64,000 nt of DNA from Rhodosorus marinus CCMP1338 (taxonomy: Eukaryota > Plantae > Rhodophyta). Both the position numbers and the translations under genes were made by a program. Positions 37,321 through 50,067 of the stretch are shown in pieces (the first letter of the stretch is position 1; every line of letters begins with the position of its first letter). Location of the stretch: NCBI GenBank assembly GCA_029953675.1, contig JAMWBK010000005.1:2790001-2854000 (forward strand), given 5' to 3'. The notes beneath the pieces were generated by a model that saw nothing but the letters and a program-made list of their open reading frames with translations, was not told the DNA's origin and did not search any database.

Positions 37321-38287
37321 CTTTCTTTGGTTGTATCCACTTTTACATATACTTTTCTGATGGATTCAATGCATCAAACTTTGTCCGCTCGACGCGGATG
37401 GTGAGATGCTCCAGACTACATGCACAACACCATGAACTGAACAATGGAGCCCCCGGTTCCAAACCGGTAAAAAAGAACCGGTAAGCGTTCGGGAGCCACG
37501 GTGAGCGAGACCTTTGCTGGTGTGGTCTTGAATCACCGGAGCAGCCACATCGAGGACGGACGGCGTTTGCACTACCGACCTCTACTCTAGACTCTAGCAC
37601 GTGTGCACTTTTCACGTAGACTGCAGTGGGTAACACCAGATCCGAACCACGTATGAAGGTCCTGAACCCGAGTGCTGTCCTGAATACGGAGTGTATCTAT
37701 TTATGGATACACAGCTTTTGGGTGAAAACGATCGGCTGCATGGGCAAACCAAACCACAGTGGAAAGGAAGAATCCTTGAGCAAGATAGGTCCTGCTTTCG
37801 GACTAGGACGGTGAGGGACAATTAATGCAACGAAAATTTTCTCCCTCGTCCTCGCCCTGCAACAGATTCAATTTTTCCAGCCGAATCAAATTAGTCGAAA
37901 AACGTTAGAAATCTTTTTGATTCCTAGTAACCTGCAGATCCTCCCTGACAACGTATATGGTTTAGGAATCCAGCAACTAATAAAACCCCGCTCCCTCAAT
38001 TTTTTGATTTTCTCGCGATTCATTGCGCGTGCTATGCACAAGTAAAACTAAAGCACAGCCATAACTCGGATGATGCTGATCAATAATATGCAGGACAATT
38101 CAGGTTGCATCAGTTTTCATCTCACGTTAATTTGTTTTGAGAACAATATAACCCCTCTCCGGTGCGCCCCAGATAGAAATCGAATAGAGCCCACGAACCG
38201 ACCCCACAAAAAAGCTACTTACTCACTTCTGTCATGTTTTTTTGGAACCCTGCAGTTGCTGGAGAGTGACGAAAACATGCCCGAGGG

Positions 38288-38332
38288 ACACACACACACA
38301 TACACACACATACACACGCACACACACACGCA
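38288..38332. repeat. Interrupted (CA)n microsatellite
   Basis: ACACACACACACATACACACACATACACACGCACACACACACGCA. Confidence 0.95.
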
Positions 38333-41300
38333 AACGCATAATAAGGGGGAGCCGCGCTGATGATTACTGGAGGCTTGGAAGCCAACCCCAGCCATCAAGG
38401 TACACGTTGACGCGATCAGTAAAAAACAGACGATTATCCACCCCACTGCGACGACTGGAGAAAACCCAGCTGGTAGCACCCCCTATCAAAACAGGACAAA
38501 CAAAAAATAGCCGAAAATAAATAAATAAACACTCATCAAAAAAAGCCCAGCGAAAAATCGCCGTCCTAAAAAAAGAGTGATTTTCTCGTTAATTGGCTCT
38601 GGAATAAAAAACCATCTTATTTTTCTTTATTCCAGAAATCCACTTTTTTTTTGGTTGGAGGAACAACAATAAGAGAATTAAACATCGGATGATAACTCGC
38701 ATGCCACGATGAGAGAGTTGCAAACTCCTTTTATTGGTAAAAATATATCTTTCAAGACAACTCTCTTAGAAGCCACCACCAAGCCCCTCCAACCCCCCTC
38801 CCCCCCCTTCTCATTCTCTCTTCTCTTCTCCTTCCAAACTCAAGTCTTTCGCCAGGTTTTTCATCATTGCAGACACAGTTTTCAATTTTTTTGAAGACGA
38901 ATAAATATGCTTGTTCATAGTCGACGACCACGTTCACCAACTCCGATTGGTCAAAACGGAGTTCCAGTTTGACGACGAGCACATAGTTGCGAGATCACAT
39001 GTATTGAAAGAGAGAGAAAAAATTAAGTAAGTATTTCTTTCCGCCTACCAACTCCCTCCCCCCCCCCCTTTCTTTTTCCAGACCCTTTTTTAAACTCACA
39101 GGCTCACACCCCCCTTCCCAACAACTAGTGCTTTCTTTGATTAGGCGCTTTTAAAAACTTTCCATATTTCCATTATTGGTCCACTCCAACCCTCCTGTCT
39201 ATTTCATAGATCAACTATGCAAATATCAATTTTTATACGGTAATATGATATTCACTCCGTCCAGTTGTACAAAGGCAAAGAAATATAGACCCTGGAAAGA
39301 ACGAATCTCCAAACTCAATTGTCAGTCGCATCTGTCCACACACACGCACACCAAATTGAGGTATTGATTTTCCTAAATAAAAAACCATACAACTTCATAT
39401 TCTTCCAACTTTCTAACGTCCTAAAAATTTAAATTGATTGAATCCGCGAAGAAGATTCGATCCCTCGCATGTTTTCGCGAACCCATGATAAGGGGGAAAC
39501 ACGGAGCAGAAATATGATAAAATAGACTGTGTTTTCTGTGGTTGGATTTGCGCATATTCCTCGCAGGGTAGATATTAATCGTATTTTTAAAAAAGGTCTG
39601 TTTCTATTCCGCAGTGCAGTTAATAATTCGAAAAGTGAAACATTGGGACGGGGTTGCACTTCTGTCAATCAAACCGTCCGTCCCTCCCTCCTTCCCAAAA
39701 AGATTGGCTCGGTTTTTTGAAGAATAAATAGCATAATTTCGAAAACGATGGAAATTTCCAGGCACCGCTTTAAAACGTGCGGATGCGAACATCGGATGCG
39801 ATCGTTTGTGTGTGTATGCTCTTCTGATCCCAACGTTTTTTTTTGGAGGGTGGAGGGAGGGGAGAGGAAAAAGTTCTTTTCCTGTCTGCCTTTCCACAAC
39901 ATGAGGGGGAATATCCAGTTCTTTAGTGGTAGTGATGGCGGTTTTGAACCAATGGGGATCGTAGCCGAGTTTGAGAACAGGAAGAAACTATCGAATGCGC
40001 CCACTGGAGTTGTGTATCCACTAGCGTTGTGTATCCACTAGCGGACCTCGACGAGAACTTTCAGGATCAGTAAATAGACTTGAAGAAATACGAAAAAGTT
40101 CTAAACGGAGAGGTTCCAGGGCGCGGGGGAGCGTTTCACAGTGCTTCGTCGCATTACCGTCAAACAATTCACATGAGTACAGTGGGTCCCAGGGCTTCAG
40201 AACATGGTGGGATTGATCGGGTCGGATTGCTGGTTGACCAACTTTCGAAAAGGAAATCAAAAATCGGTGAACCAAGGGGGGCACTGGAGATATGGGCGTC
40301 ACGTTCCGAGCAAGTACAAGTGATGGCGCATGGAAGCAGGGATTTCAGTGAGAGAAACGTCGAGCACCATGCATGAGAGTTTTGATTCAAGTCATGCGTA
40401 GAGAGCCAATACAATCAGATCATTTTCTTCTTGGGTTGACTTCCAACTCGTGGCTGTAAAAAGCTATGCCAAGATTTCTGGAGCATTTGTCCATCGTTCA
40501 AAACGCTTTTTGACGCTGACTACATATGGCAATTATACGTGCACGGATTCCACCTTCATGAGAGGCATTAGACCGCAACCAGTTCAGTCCCCGGTGAAAT
40601 ACTAGTTCGCAAATTTTGATTCAGTCACCATCCCCTTCCTCCCCCAAGGAACACACCGAAAGGAAGAACTGAGCTTCTTCCCCATCTGTACTCGAGGTAC
40701 GTGCAGCTGCGCATCAGCCCAAACTGTTCCAGTGGTGAGCAACAAATACATAGAAACGCAACGTCTAAGGAAATCCTGACTCAGTCGGCGGGGATACACC
40801 TTAAGTGGCCAGAGCTCTTCAATAACCAATATAGGAGGCATGGAGGAGTCCCCTTCCGTCGCGGCATGGGTATGGGGAGGATCGTTCACCGTGATCTTCC
40901 TCCCATTACTGACAACTTCATCTCATCAACCCCCCCCCCCCGCTCTCCTCAGGTTTCACATGTTCACAAATTTACTACCCGTTCGAGGGGAGAGATAGCG
41001 ATTCTAGTGCGGGTCCTTCCCATCAGTTTATTTTTTGTTTTTTTTCTCAGGTTACTAAGCATTAACCAACACATGCTTTTGGATACAAAAACACGATCGG
41101 GGAAGAGCCGGTCTCTTCCGCCCAGGAACGTGGCAGTCGTCATCCGAGAGAGCGGTTTTTATTTTTATTCTTTCAAAGAGACGTCAACCACCTCTCCTCA
41201 AAGTACGAAAGACCTCCTGGATCTCAACATGAAACGCATTACAGGTACATGATACAACGCGCAGTGAGGAGAAAATTCACACAGCTAGAAGAGTGAGTGG

Positions 41301-43868
41301 GAGAAAATAGCTACCGAAGTGTTAGCCATCTTTTCATTTTAGTCTCAAGGTCCGATGGTTGATTTTCCCATAATATTCAATTAAATGATGAATTTTCCAC
41401 CATTTCGGCGCACTACATTCATAAATTCTTCTCGGAAAAGAGGGTTGAACTTTTCAAGACAATGTTCTCCACCCCATCCAAACAATGAAATCCCATCAAC
41501 TTATAAAACGCACAGTCACCCCCCTCCCCGTACCGGGTTCCCCTTCCTTCCACCCCAGCTCTAGAAATTCTTAATCTATTCCTAAATGACTTAAATAAAA
41601 ATACTACGCAAAATAGAACATTTGAGATTTCTTCACGTACTCTACAAGATGTGCTCTTAATTAATCGCGCGCTATTGCCGCAATCCGGTCTTATCCTGAG
41701 TATTATGGCTTGTACACCCCACAAGTTGTCCCGAGGGGGTGGGATCCGTATGTAAGTTCTATTCGGATTGTTCAAAAATAATAGTTTCTTCGATGTTTTA
41801 TGTATGTACTTCCAGAGAGCGCGCCCAATGGCTAAGGAACCTGAGGTGCCTGAAGAGGAAAGGCCTCTAAAGGCGCAGATTGAGAGGTTGATTATCATCC
41901 GAAGGTCATACATCGAAAGGTCAAACGTTTCGAGCATCCAAAACAGCACACGCAGCAGCTGTTTTCTTTGACACTAGGAGCGAAGAGGAAATATGCTCCA
42001 TAAGACTTCTTTTTCCTCCTTTTCTGAATCAATGAGTGTGTGTGTACCCCGCAGTGGGGGGGGTCGATTTCGAATTAGCAATAATCATTTTTTTACAAAA
42101 CAATATGCCTCACCCCTAGGAGGTCTCGAAGAAGAGAATCAAGGCCAGGGGGGGGGGGAGGAGTTATTTTTTTTTGTGAAGACATAACCTGCAACTGCAC
42201 ATCCTCGCGGAAGCTCTATTTAATTTATTTTCGTAATCCACGTTCAACCGCCATGACAGCAGGACGTTGCAAAAACTAACTTTGGAAACGGGGACTACCC
42301 CCGTTCTAGTTCCTCAAAAAAAAAAAAGGTAGCTCGCTTCAAAGTTTTTTCATCAATTTTCAAAGCTGCACGAACCCTTTGAATCTAGCTTAATCCCTCA
42401 TTGTGAATTTTCCTCAAAAATATGTCACTATATTAGAAACCAATATACGTATTTTGATACTTTTAAGGGTCATCGTCGGATTCGGTTCTTTCTTCAGCCA
42501 GAAAACTCATTTTTAGAAGGGCGAGCGAAAGCAGACTGGATTCAGAATAAACATGTCTCTCGATTCCCCCCTGCCCCATTCCCCTTCCTTCCTTTCCAAG
42601 GCGCCCCTTGGTGAGTCATGAAAGGTTTTTGGGGGGGTTTTGGTTCGTTTTTTTTGTGTCCAGCACAACCCCCCGTCGTCCATAACCTGACACATTTTTC
42701 TATATAGGGCACCCTCTTGAACGGTCCAGTTAATTTGTTCAATATTCATGAGTATTCCAACGTGCGGGAAAAAGGGGAAGAGAACGGAAGGAGGAGGAGG
42801 GGGGGGGAAGGAGGGAGCCTGGGGAGGGGGATGATAGAAAATCTGCAACTAACAGCGATTGACGATGGCTGCTCTACTTACACAACAACAGATTTCTTTG
42901 AGTTCTGGACACACCGACAAAACACTGCTCTTTTGCCCACAAAAAAAGAGGGCCAATTGCCTATCAATTTATCCCTCTTCCTATTGCCCCCTGGGGTGCG
43001 AAAACATCAATAGATGTACCGAAAAATTTGATTTTATTGTTATACTCCTCTTCTCACCCCTATGAATTTTCAGGATTACCTGGTTTCTTACCAACCCGCT
43101 TACCCCCCCCTCCTCATGTGACGTATTCCTGACGCGCGTTTTGTAGGTTCAGTCCCATTGAAGCACTAAATAAGCTGTTTTTATCCGGTGTTGTACTAGA
43201 CTATTTTTTTCTTCCATTCAGTGTGAGGAGGAGCATAGCTAGGGAGGAGGGGGGAAGAGGGTTTTTTGCCAATGGAGGTGGCCCAAGGCGAAAGGACTGT
43301 AGAGAGATTCTTCATAGTACATGATTTAGCTACGAGCTGATTGATGGGGTTGTCCATTGACCTATTGTGGAAAGGGGGAATGCTCAACTGTTGATGAAGG
43401 TGGATATACCGCAAGAAGGACGTTGTAACGTGGTGAACATTTTCTCATGAAGAAGGGTTTGTTCGCCATGCCTGCTGGAGTTTGGGGAGAAGGTTTGTTA
43501 TTGAAGGAAAATTCGGTAGATGAAGAGGCCTTCGAATGGATGTCAGTCCGTATTTTGGTGAGGGCAGCTGAGATGCGTTGGATTTGTGGCAGCCGCTCGA
43601 AGTCGCGTGTGGGTGGGGCTTTCGGTTACTGAAAAGGCAATAGCAAACGGGTTTGACGCTGCTGAACGGAACTTAAACTTCCTCTTGCGACTGAGCGGGA
43701 ACGAGCTGGGTCGCGATTTGGAAGTTGTTTGCTTAGCGCTGGCACTGGTCTGAACAATCTATTGCGGTAAAGGCGGCGGGTTTGTGCGGGGTTTATTGAG
43801 AAGAGCGGCAGAAAACTTTTCCAGACATTTGAAGGTTTTTGGGTTTGTCTATGAGCTAGAAGTGGGAG

Positions 43869-44614
43869 ATGTTGAAAGTATTTGTTTCGGGTCGGAATGA
43901 GGTTGAGATGGGCAGGGCGAGAATCGCAGTCTCGGATCTCTTGAACGAGGAGGATGATGATGATGCAGTATTAGAACCCGAATCCAGCTTTGATATAGGG
44001 GTAAGGTCAATGTGAACTACCGAGCTCCTCCTAGCCAAGTTCTGGCTTTTGTTGTTGTTTGATTGAGTTTCTAATCCGCGAATGAACTCACAATTAGGGA
44101 GCGAGGCCTGACTTCCCCGAGCAGCACGAGGTGGCTAGGGGAGATTCTCTAGAGAGAAAGAACCTTGGAGCGCCGACAATTCGAAGAAGAAAGCGCTGGA
44201 CTGCAGAGGAAGATGTGCTTTTGAGGAGTCTGGTGGAAAAGCATGGACCCTTGAGATGGAATGTGATCGCTGAAAATTTTGATGGCAGGGATGGTCAGCA
44301 CCTGAGACTGAGATGGATGAATCACTTAAGACCTTCTCTGGACAAAAAGCCGTGGACACCTAGTGAGGATGAAACAATCCTCAGATTGCAGGTGAGGAAT
44401 CGCGATTGCCTGCGCTTGAGCCACATACCTTCTTTACATCCTAACGGCCCGATCGGTTCTCACGTTTTTCCTGTTCTAGAGACTGTACGGAAACTCGTGG
44501 GTCAGAATCGCGAATTCCCTTCCAGGTAGAAGTGACAACGCCATCAAGAACCGCTTCTACCTCCTGAAGAAGTATCAAGAGCAGGCGTCGTCTTCATCTC
44601 GCAGCAGAGGCTAA
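43869..44614 (+). CDS. Two-repeat (R2R3-type) Myb transcription factor (3 exons)
   Basis: WTAEEDVLL...HG...WNVIA...RLRWMNHLRP...KPWTPSEDETIL and spliced RLYGNSWVRIANSLPGRSDNAIKNRF. An in-frame 5' exon starts at ATG 43869 or 43908. Confidence 0.9.
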
Positions 44615-44898
44615 ATTGAGAATTAATAGTACTAACTAAGATACTAAGAGTGCACAAACCAAGATATGAGAGCGGGACCTTCATGTGCTGAAAATAGATT
44701 AAAGAGCTCTCGTGGAAGAGCATCGAGCTGAAGGGAACGGTTCGTGATTTTCGTAGTGTCAAGCCGTGACTTTGGGAGTCAAGGCAGCGTTGGCGGCAGG
44801 CGCTGATATGAGTTCAGGCCATTTTTCAAGATGCGAACAGTATCTAGTTTTGTTGTCTCAACGAGTTGAACAACACCAAGCCATTTTGCCGCGTTTGC

Positions 44899-45097
44899 TT
44901 GAAACCCCAAGACGTATGTAATAGGCAGCAAGTAAAAGCCAGTGACCGTCTCTGTCGGAACTAGATTTTTGGTTGAAACCGCAGTTGTAAGTCTTGATGA
45001 GGCCCTCGGACCTGGTCTGTGACTCATCCAATAGAATTCGTTATCTTGCCCAGAAGTTTATTGAGAGCTTTGCACGTGTTCGACAGTACGACCGTAC
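44899..45097 (+). repeat. ~200-bp direct repeat, copy A1 (abuts the 5' LTR)
   Basis: Aligns with 47362-47563; about 12 substitutions and one short indel. Confidence 0.95.
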
Positions 45098-45313
45098 TAT
45101 GAGAAATCCCCCTAACGGGTTGTACCCTGTCCATTTTAGTGGCAGTTACTTTCTACCATTAGTGCTAGGGTTCCTAGTTTTAGTCTCTGACAGTTTCTAC
45201 TTTCATGTCAGGTCGGTCGTAGTTTACAGTAACCAAGACTATATAAGAACTAGCTCTGCTAGATCTTGGGACCGAGGTTTGAGAAAGACAAGTTGGTTCG
45301 AAAGTTTCTAACA
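45098..45313 (+). repeat. 5' LTR
   Basis: TATGAGAAATCC...TTTCTAACA (TG start mutated to TA). About 90% identical to the 3' LTR by eye. Confidence 0.9.
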
Positions 45314-47143
45314 AACTGGTCTCATCAACCTTCTTTACGGTACGCAAGTCTGTTCCTGAAGGGCCAGGCCCAGACAGTGTACCAAGGCCTTCCCCGATCG
45401 GCGGATGGAGTAGCGGAGACGATGGACTCGCTCGAGGACCAGGACTTCGAGGGGAGCCTACGAGCACAGTTCCAGCCCCAGAATCATGTAGAGCAAGTCC
45501 GAAGGAAACTCCGTTCCGCACGACAACGCGGCCAGGACGTCAGCCGATTCGTGGACTACCTCGACGAGCTGTTCATTGATGGGCGAAAACATCGCGGATT
45601 CAGAATAATTGGACCGGTTCAAAGCGGGCTTGACCGGACAAGGGATGCCGTCCGTGAGTAAGACAACCAGCATCCAACAGACCGTCGAGTTGCAGAGGCG
45701 GGCCAACACCCTTACAGCGAAGGGTTCGATAGCTGGTAGGCCGGTGGAGTGCCTCATAGACACCGGTGCAGTCACCGCTATTCGAGAAGACTTGGTGGAC
45801 CAGGCCAACCTATAAGGACCCACGCGAATACGGGGTGGCAATGGAGAAAGCGACTGTAACCAGTCCCGGCACAACCACGACGACCATTATGATGCAAGGT
45901 GAACAATTCGCGACTAACATGCGGATGTTCAAAGCCCTAAGCCATGATGTTTATCTTGGCTTGGACTTCCTAAGTCAGCACGGTCTAACGCTGGACTGCG
46001 GGACTGAGACCCCACGGCTAGTGCTGAGAGAAGTCGGCAAAGGAGAGCAACCAAATGACGCGGCAGAATCACTGAAGGAAATAGCGACCGGGCCAGGAGT
46101 GCGAAACATAACAGTAGTGGATGCAGAAGAGGACATCGGGGACGAACACACCGACGAAGGAGAAACGGGGATCGGTAACACCCTCCGCGAAGAAAAGCGG
46201 GGGGAGGGGCATACGGGGTTAACAGTAACAGACACCAAGGAGGACATAGGGGAGGAGTATACGGACGAAGTGAAGACGGGGTTCGGTAATGCCCTGTGAG
46301 AGGAGTTCTCCCAGGTATTCCAAGAGAGTTTGCAAATGCCACCGAAGGAGCGGGAGAAACACGTGCTCCACATCACCTTAGAAGACTGGGCACGAGCTCC
46401 AGCACAAAGACCATACCCGATCTCCTTAGTCAATCGCGAATAGCTGCGGAAGGAGTTAAAGGACCTGGAGCAGCAGGGCTTCGTATCTCGAAGTAGAAGT
46501 CCGTACGCCGCGCCTGTGCTGTACGTCGATAAGAAAGACGGAGGGCTACGCCTGTGCAGCGACTACCGCCGGCTTCACGGCAGAAGACAGCGTTTGTCAC
46601 GTGCTTTGGACAGTACCAGTGGAATGTCATGCCGTTTGGGCGACGATATCCTGATTTACTCGGCGACTCAGGAGGACCACGAAAAAGATGTCCGACGGGT
46701 ATTACGCCGACTAGAGCAGCATTAGTTAGTCGTCAAAGATTCGAAGTGCCAGTTCGGAGTAATTCAAGTTTGCTACCTAGGTCAAATCTTGGTGGGAGGC
46801 ACTCGTCGTCGCGATTCAAAGAAGGTGGAGGCCATTCAGGGTTGGAAGGCCCCAACGACTGTCAAGGAAGTATGGGCATCCAGAGTATACCTCTCCGATC
46901 AAACCTATACCCGACGCAACCCGTTCTATCGGTTTTGACCTTCCGTTGTACCAACGGCATCCGCCAGTTTTTCTGTGCTACCGCGAGAATGAAGCCTGGA
47001 CTGATGCGATTTGCCTATCTGAACCCGACTACCCTACGGATACCTTGTCTCGAAGACGCCTCAAACACTACCTCAACTATTGAAAGGTGCTCGACGCTCT
47101 TCCTCCAACCTCTTGAGTTTGCGCCCAGACTCGGCGGGAGGAA

Positions 47144-47361
47144 TGTGAGAAATCCCTCTAACAGGTTGTACCCTGTCCAGTTTTAGTGTCATGTGCTTCT
47201 TACCTTTAGTGGCAGTGTTCCTATTTTTAGTCTCCGACAGTTTCTACTTTCATGGCAGGTGGGTCCTAGTTTACAGTAACCAAGACTATATAAGACCTAG
47301 CTCTGCTAGATCTTGGGACCGGGGTTTGAGTAAAGACAAGTTGGTTCGAAAGTTTCTAACA
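47144..47361 (+). repeat. 3' LTR
   Basis: TGTGAGAAATCC...TTTCTAACA with canonical TG...CA ends, preceded by the purine tract. Confidence 0.92.
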
Positions 47362-47563
47362 ATGAAATCCCAAGACGGTATATGTAGTAAACAGCAAGCA
47401 AAAGCCAGTGGCCGTCTCTGTCGGAACTAGATTTTTGGTTGAAACCTCAGTTGTAAGTCTTGATGAGGCCCTCGGACCTGGTCTGTGACTCATCCAATAG
47501 AATTCGTTATCCCGCGCAGAAGCCTATTGAGAGCTTTGCACGTGTTCGACAGTACGACCGTAC
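47362..47563 (+). repeat. ~200-bp direct repeat, copy A2 (abuts the 3' LTR)
   Basis: ATGAAATCCCAAGACG...CAGTACGACCGTAC matches 44899-45097. Confidence 0.95.
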
Positions 47564-50067
47564 CTCGCAAGGACCACTTTGTGAGCAAGAATCACACGCA
47601 CGGCCTGTCGATCATCAGGGCCTCAGCTAATCGCCGGCGAACCATAAATTTAAATTGGAGGCCGGGGGAAGTGGTGTGGGAGCACAAGGGATAGGCAGCT
47701 CACAAATCCCACAAGCCGGTGGAAAAAAAGAGGGTGATCGTCAAAACTCGAGGAAGAAATCGTCCCCCTTGGGCACAAACAAGAGAACCGTGAACCCAAC
47801 ACCTTCCCTTCCCCCCCCCCTCCCCCTTTGGGAAGCAAAGAAAAGGGCTCACACCTCTTCCTCCCTCAGAGTATGTATTCCGTGTTCCATCATGCTCTTG
47901 TCGCCAAAGACCTCCATCAAAACCTCATTGAGTGACTTTTTCAAACCCCCTCAAAACGCGCTTCGCAAAAAGCTTTCGGTTCTCCCGTTCGCCCTTGAGA
48001 AAAACCCAACTCACACCTTACCAACCAAAAAACTACTATGCAATGAAAGCGCAAGAGTGTATTTCTTCTTTCATCCAATTTCTCCTCTGCCAGCTGCTCC
48101 TATTGAACAGCGGTTAATTTCCATAATGTCCCAGTGGACGACTGATTTTAGTCTTAAATTTGTGTTGTATGAGGTTAAACGGTCCTCAGTGTTGACCGTT
48201 GGGTTGTTTAGCGGGATCAACCCCCCTCCTTTATATACCGTAATAGGCAGAGTAATTACATTCTGCTTAAGGGATAGGCGATAACAAAATGGAGATACGA
48301 CAACGACGTACGCGGTCGAAGAACGGTATAATTAGGCTTACCAAGGTAGTTGGATAGGGGTAGAGCAAAGAAAGGGGTAACTCGCCTGCACAAGAGATCC
48401 AGTTGTTCACGCTCAGAACCGTTTTTATAGGATTTTGGGAGAGAAAATAGGGCATTTCTTCATGTTTAGCTGGGGAACTGCTCGTTTCTACCGGCTGCTC
48501 GGTTCGATACGTGGTTGTGGGAGGGGTTCCTGAGGCTCGTCCTCAGCGTGACGATGACGAGGGTGACTATTCTGTTCGGTGGATTTCGCTTTGCCTTGTT
48601 TTTTTCCTCGTTTTTTTTTTTACAAGGGAGAATCCCGTTTTGATTGTTTCAGAAGCGCTTTCCTAGCGTACCTTTCACCGGGTGATGTCCTTCTCCATTC
48701 TTTCTGACTCTAGTTTTCCTCGTTTTCGCCGGAGTCTTGGTCTGCATTCACTTTCATTGTGGTTGGAAAACTACTTGGAAGATTCAAAAAAATGTATAAT
48801 ATATATTTGCAAAGTATCGCAACCGCTGGGTAGCGTTGATTGCCGGACATGCACTTTGATGAATCTGATCTCAAGGGGTATTACGGTCTCCACGCTTCCA
48901 ATCTAGTGTCCGTTTGATTGGGAACTCATTCGGAAAGAAGTGGGTTCCGATTCCTGAACAGGGTTAGGAGTACGTGGGTTCCGAGTGGACTATAGTTCTG
49001 ACAACAACTCGGCCAGGGCAGACTTATTCGGAAAACACCTCCATTAGGAAATTGGAGGTGTTTTTAGCACGCAAGCCCTTGCCCCAGGGCTTCTCGCAAA
49101 GGGGCTTCGTAATCAATTTTTACGCCACCAACTCATTGCGTGAAGCGGGAAACAGGCAGAGGAGTTTGGAGAAGAAAACCAGAAATCAGAAAAAGCAAAC
49201 CAGGGCGAGGGAGTGTGCCCTGGGAGACCACGTCACAGAGTGATACGCAAACCAGCTAGACAAAATTCCTTGCGTTCACTCTGCAGTTAAAATATCTACC
49301 CACTGACACCCGAACTGCCCCAAGACCAAACGAACGTTAAAAGTAATTAGCGCACGCAGCTCGCCCTCCGGTTTAACAGACGAGCGAAACGAATGAATTC
49401 CGATAAAAAAATAATATTGGTTATTCTAAGAATACATGCACATGAAACAATATTGTTTAACCAATGAAATCCGAGGAGAAAAACTTCGCCTTTGGAAAAA
49501 CCCACCTGGCGACAGTCTGTCATCCAGAAAACGGGACAGTCTGTCGATTTCATGTATCAATTGACATCGTACACAATGTGACGTTTTTCCAAAAAAAGCT
49601 TTCCAATTTTTTTGGAGTTATCATGAATCCATATACCGGATCATTCGAACGTTTAATTGATATGGGGGACATATATCCGTTCAATTTAGGTGTTTTGGAC
49701 AGATTTGGTGCATAATTGGGAAATAATGAGACGAATTGTACTTAATTTGGAAATATTGGGCAATTTTTGTTTCCGTCCCGGCGGAGTGTTCTACGTCCAA
49801 ACTGGCTGACGGGGACACTCCAAGCTCCGAAATTTGCATTGTTTTGACGGATTCTTTTTGGGTCGCGAAACGAAATTGGTGTGGTTTTTGACACCATTTT
49901 GGGATGTTTTTCTTCTTCGAGAAAGGAAGTAAAGCCTGGGAGGAAGTTGCTTAGTCGGGGGAGGTGGGAGAGAGGGTAGCTCGGTGGAGTGGTTTGGAAC
50001 AGACTCACCGGTTGATTGGCTTGGATTTTTTTCTATCGTTTGTTAATGGTTTGAAGCCTGAGAGAGA

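Larger units (their letters stand above)
45098..47361 (+). mobile_element. Internally deleted Ty3/Gypsy LTR retrotransposon (2.26 kb, non-autonomous)
   Basis: Paired ~216-bp LTRs, PBS-like TGGTCTCA after the 5' LTR, and purine tract GGCGGGAGGAA before the 3' LTR. Gag (QFQPQNH...LRSARQ), protease LIDTGA, and RT pieces [44 protein letters not shown] and DDILIYS. No integrase seen. Confidence 0.93.

Noticed and set aside
38219-38479. Small hydrophobic ORF as a membrane microprotein
   Set aside because: Non-ATG start, runs through the (CA)n microsatellite, and no supportable exon chain.
44899-47563. DIRS/PAT/Ngaro split-direct-repeat element
   Set aside because: The order is A-B...B-A rather than A...B-A-B. 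There is an aspartic protease, TG...CA LTRs and a purine tract, and no tyrosine recombinase is visible.
49032-49064. Perfect 12-bp hairpin AAAACACCTCCA...TGGAGGTGTTTT as a Helitron end or terminator
   Set aside because: The hairpin is real, but no CTRR follows on either strand and no associated gene or element was found.
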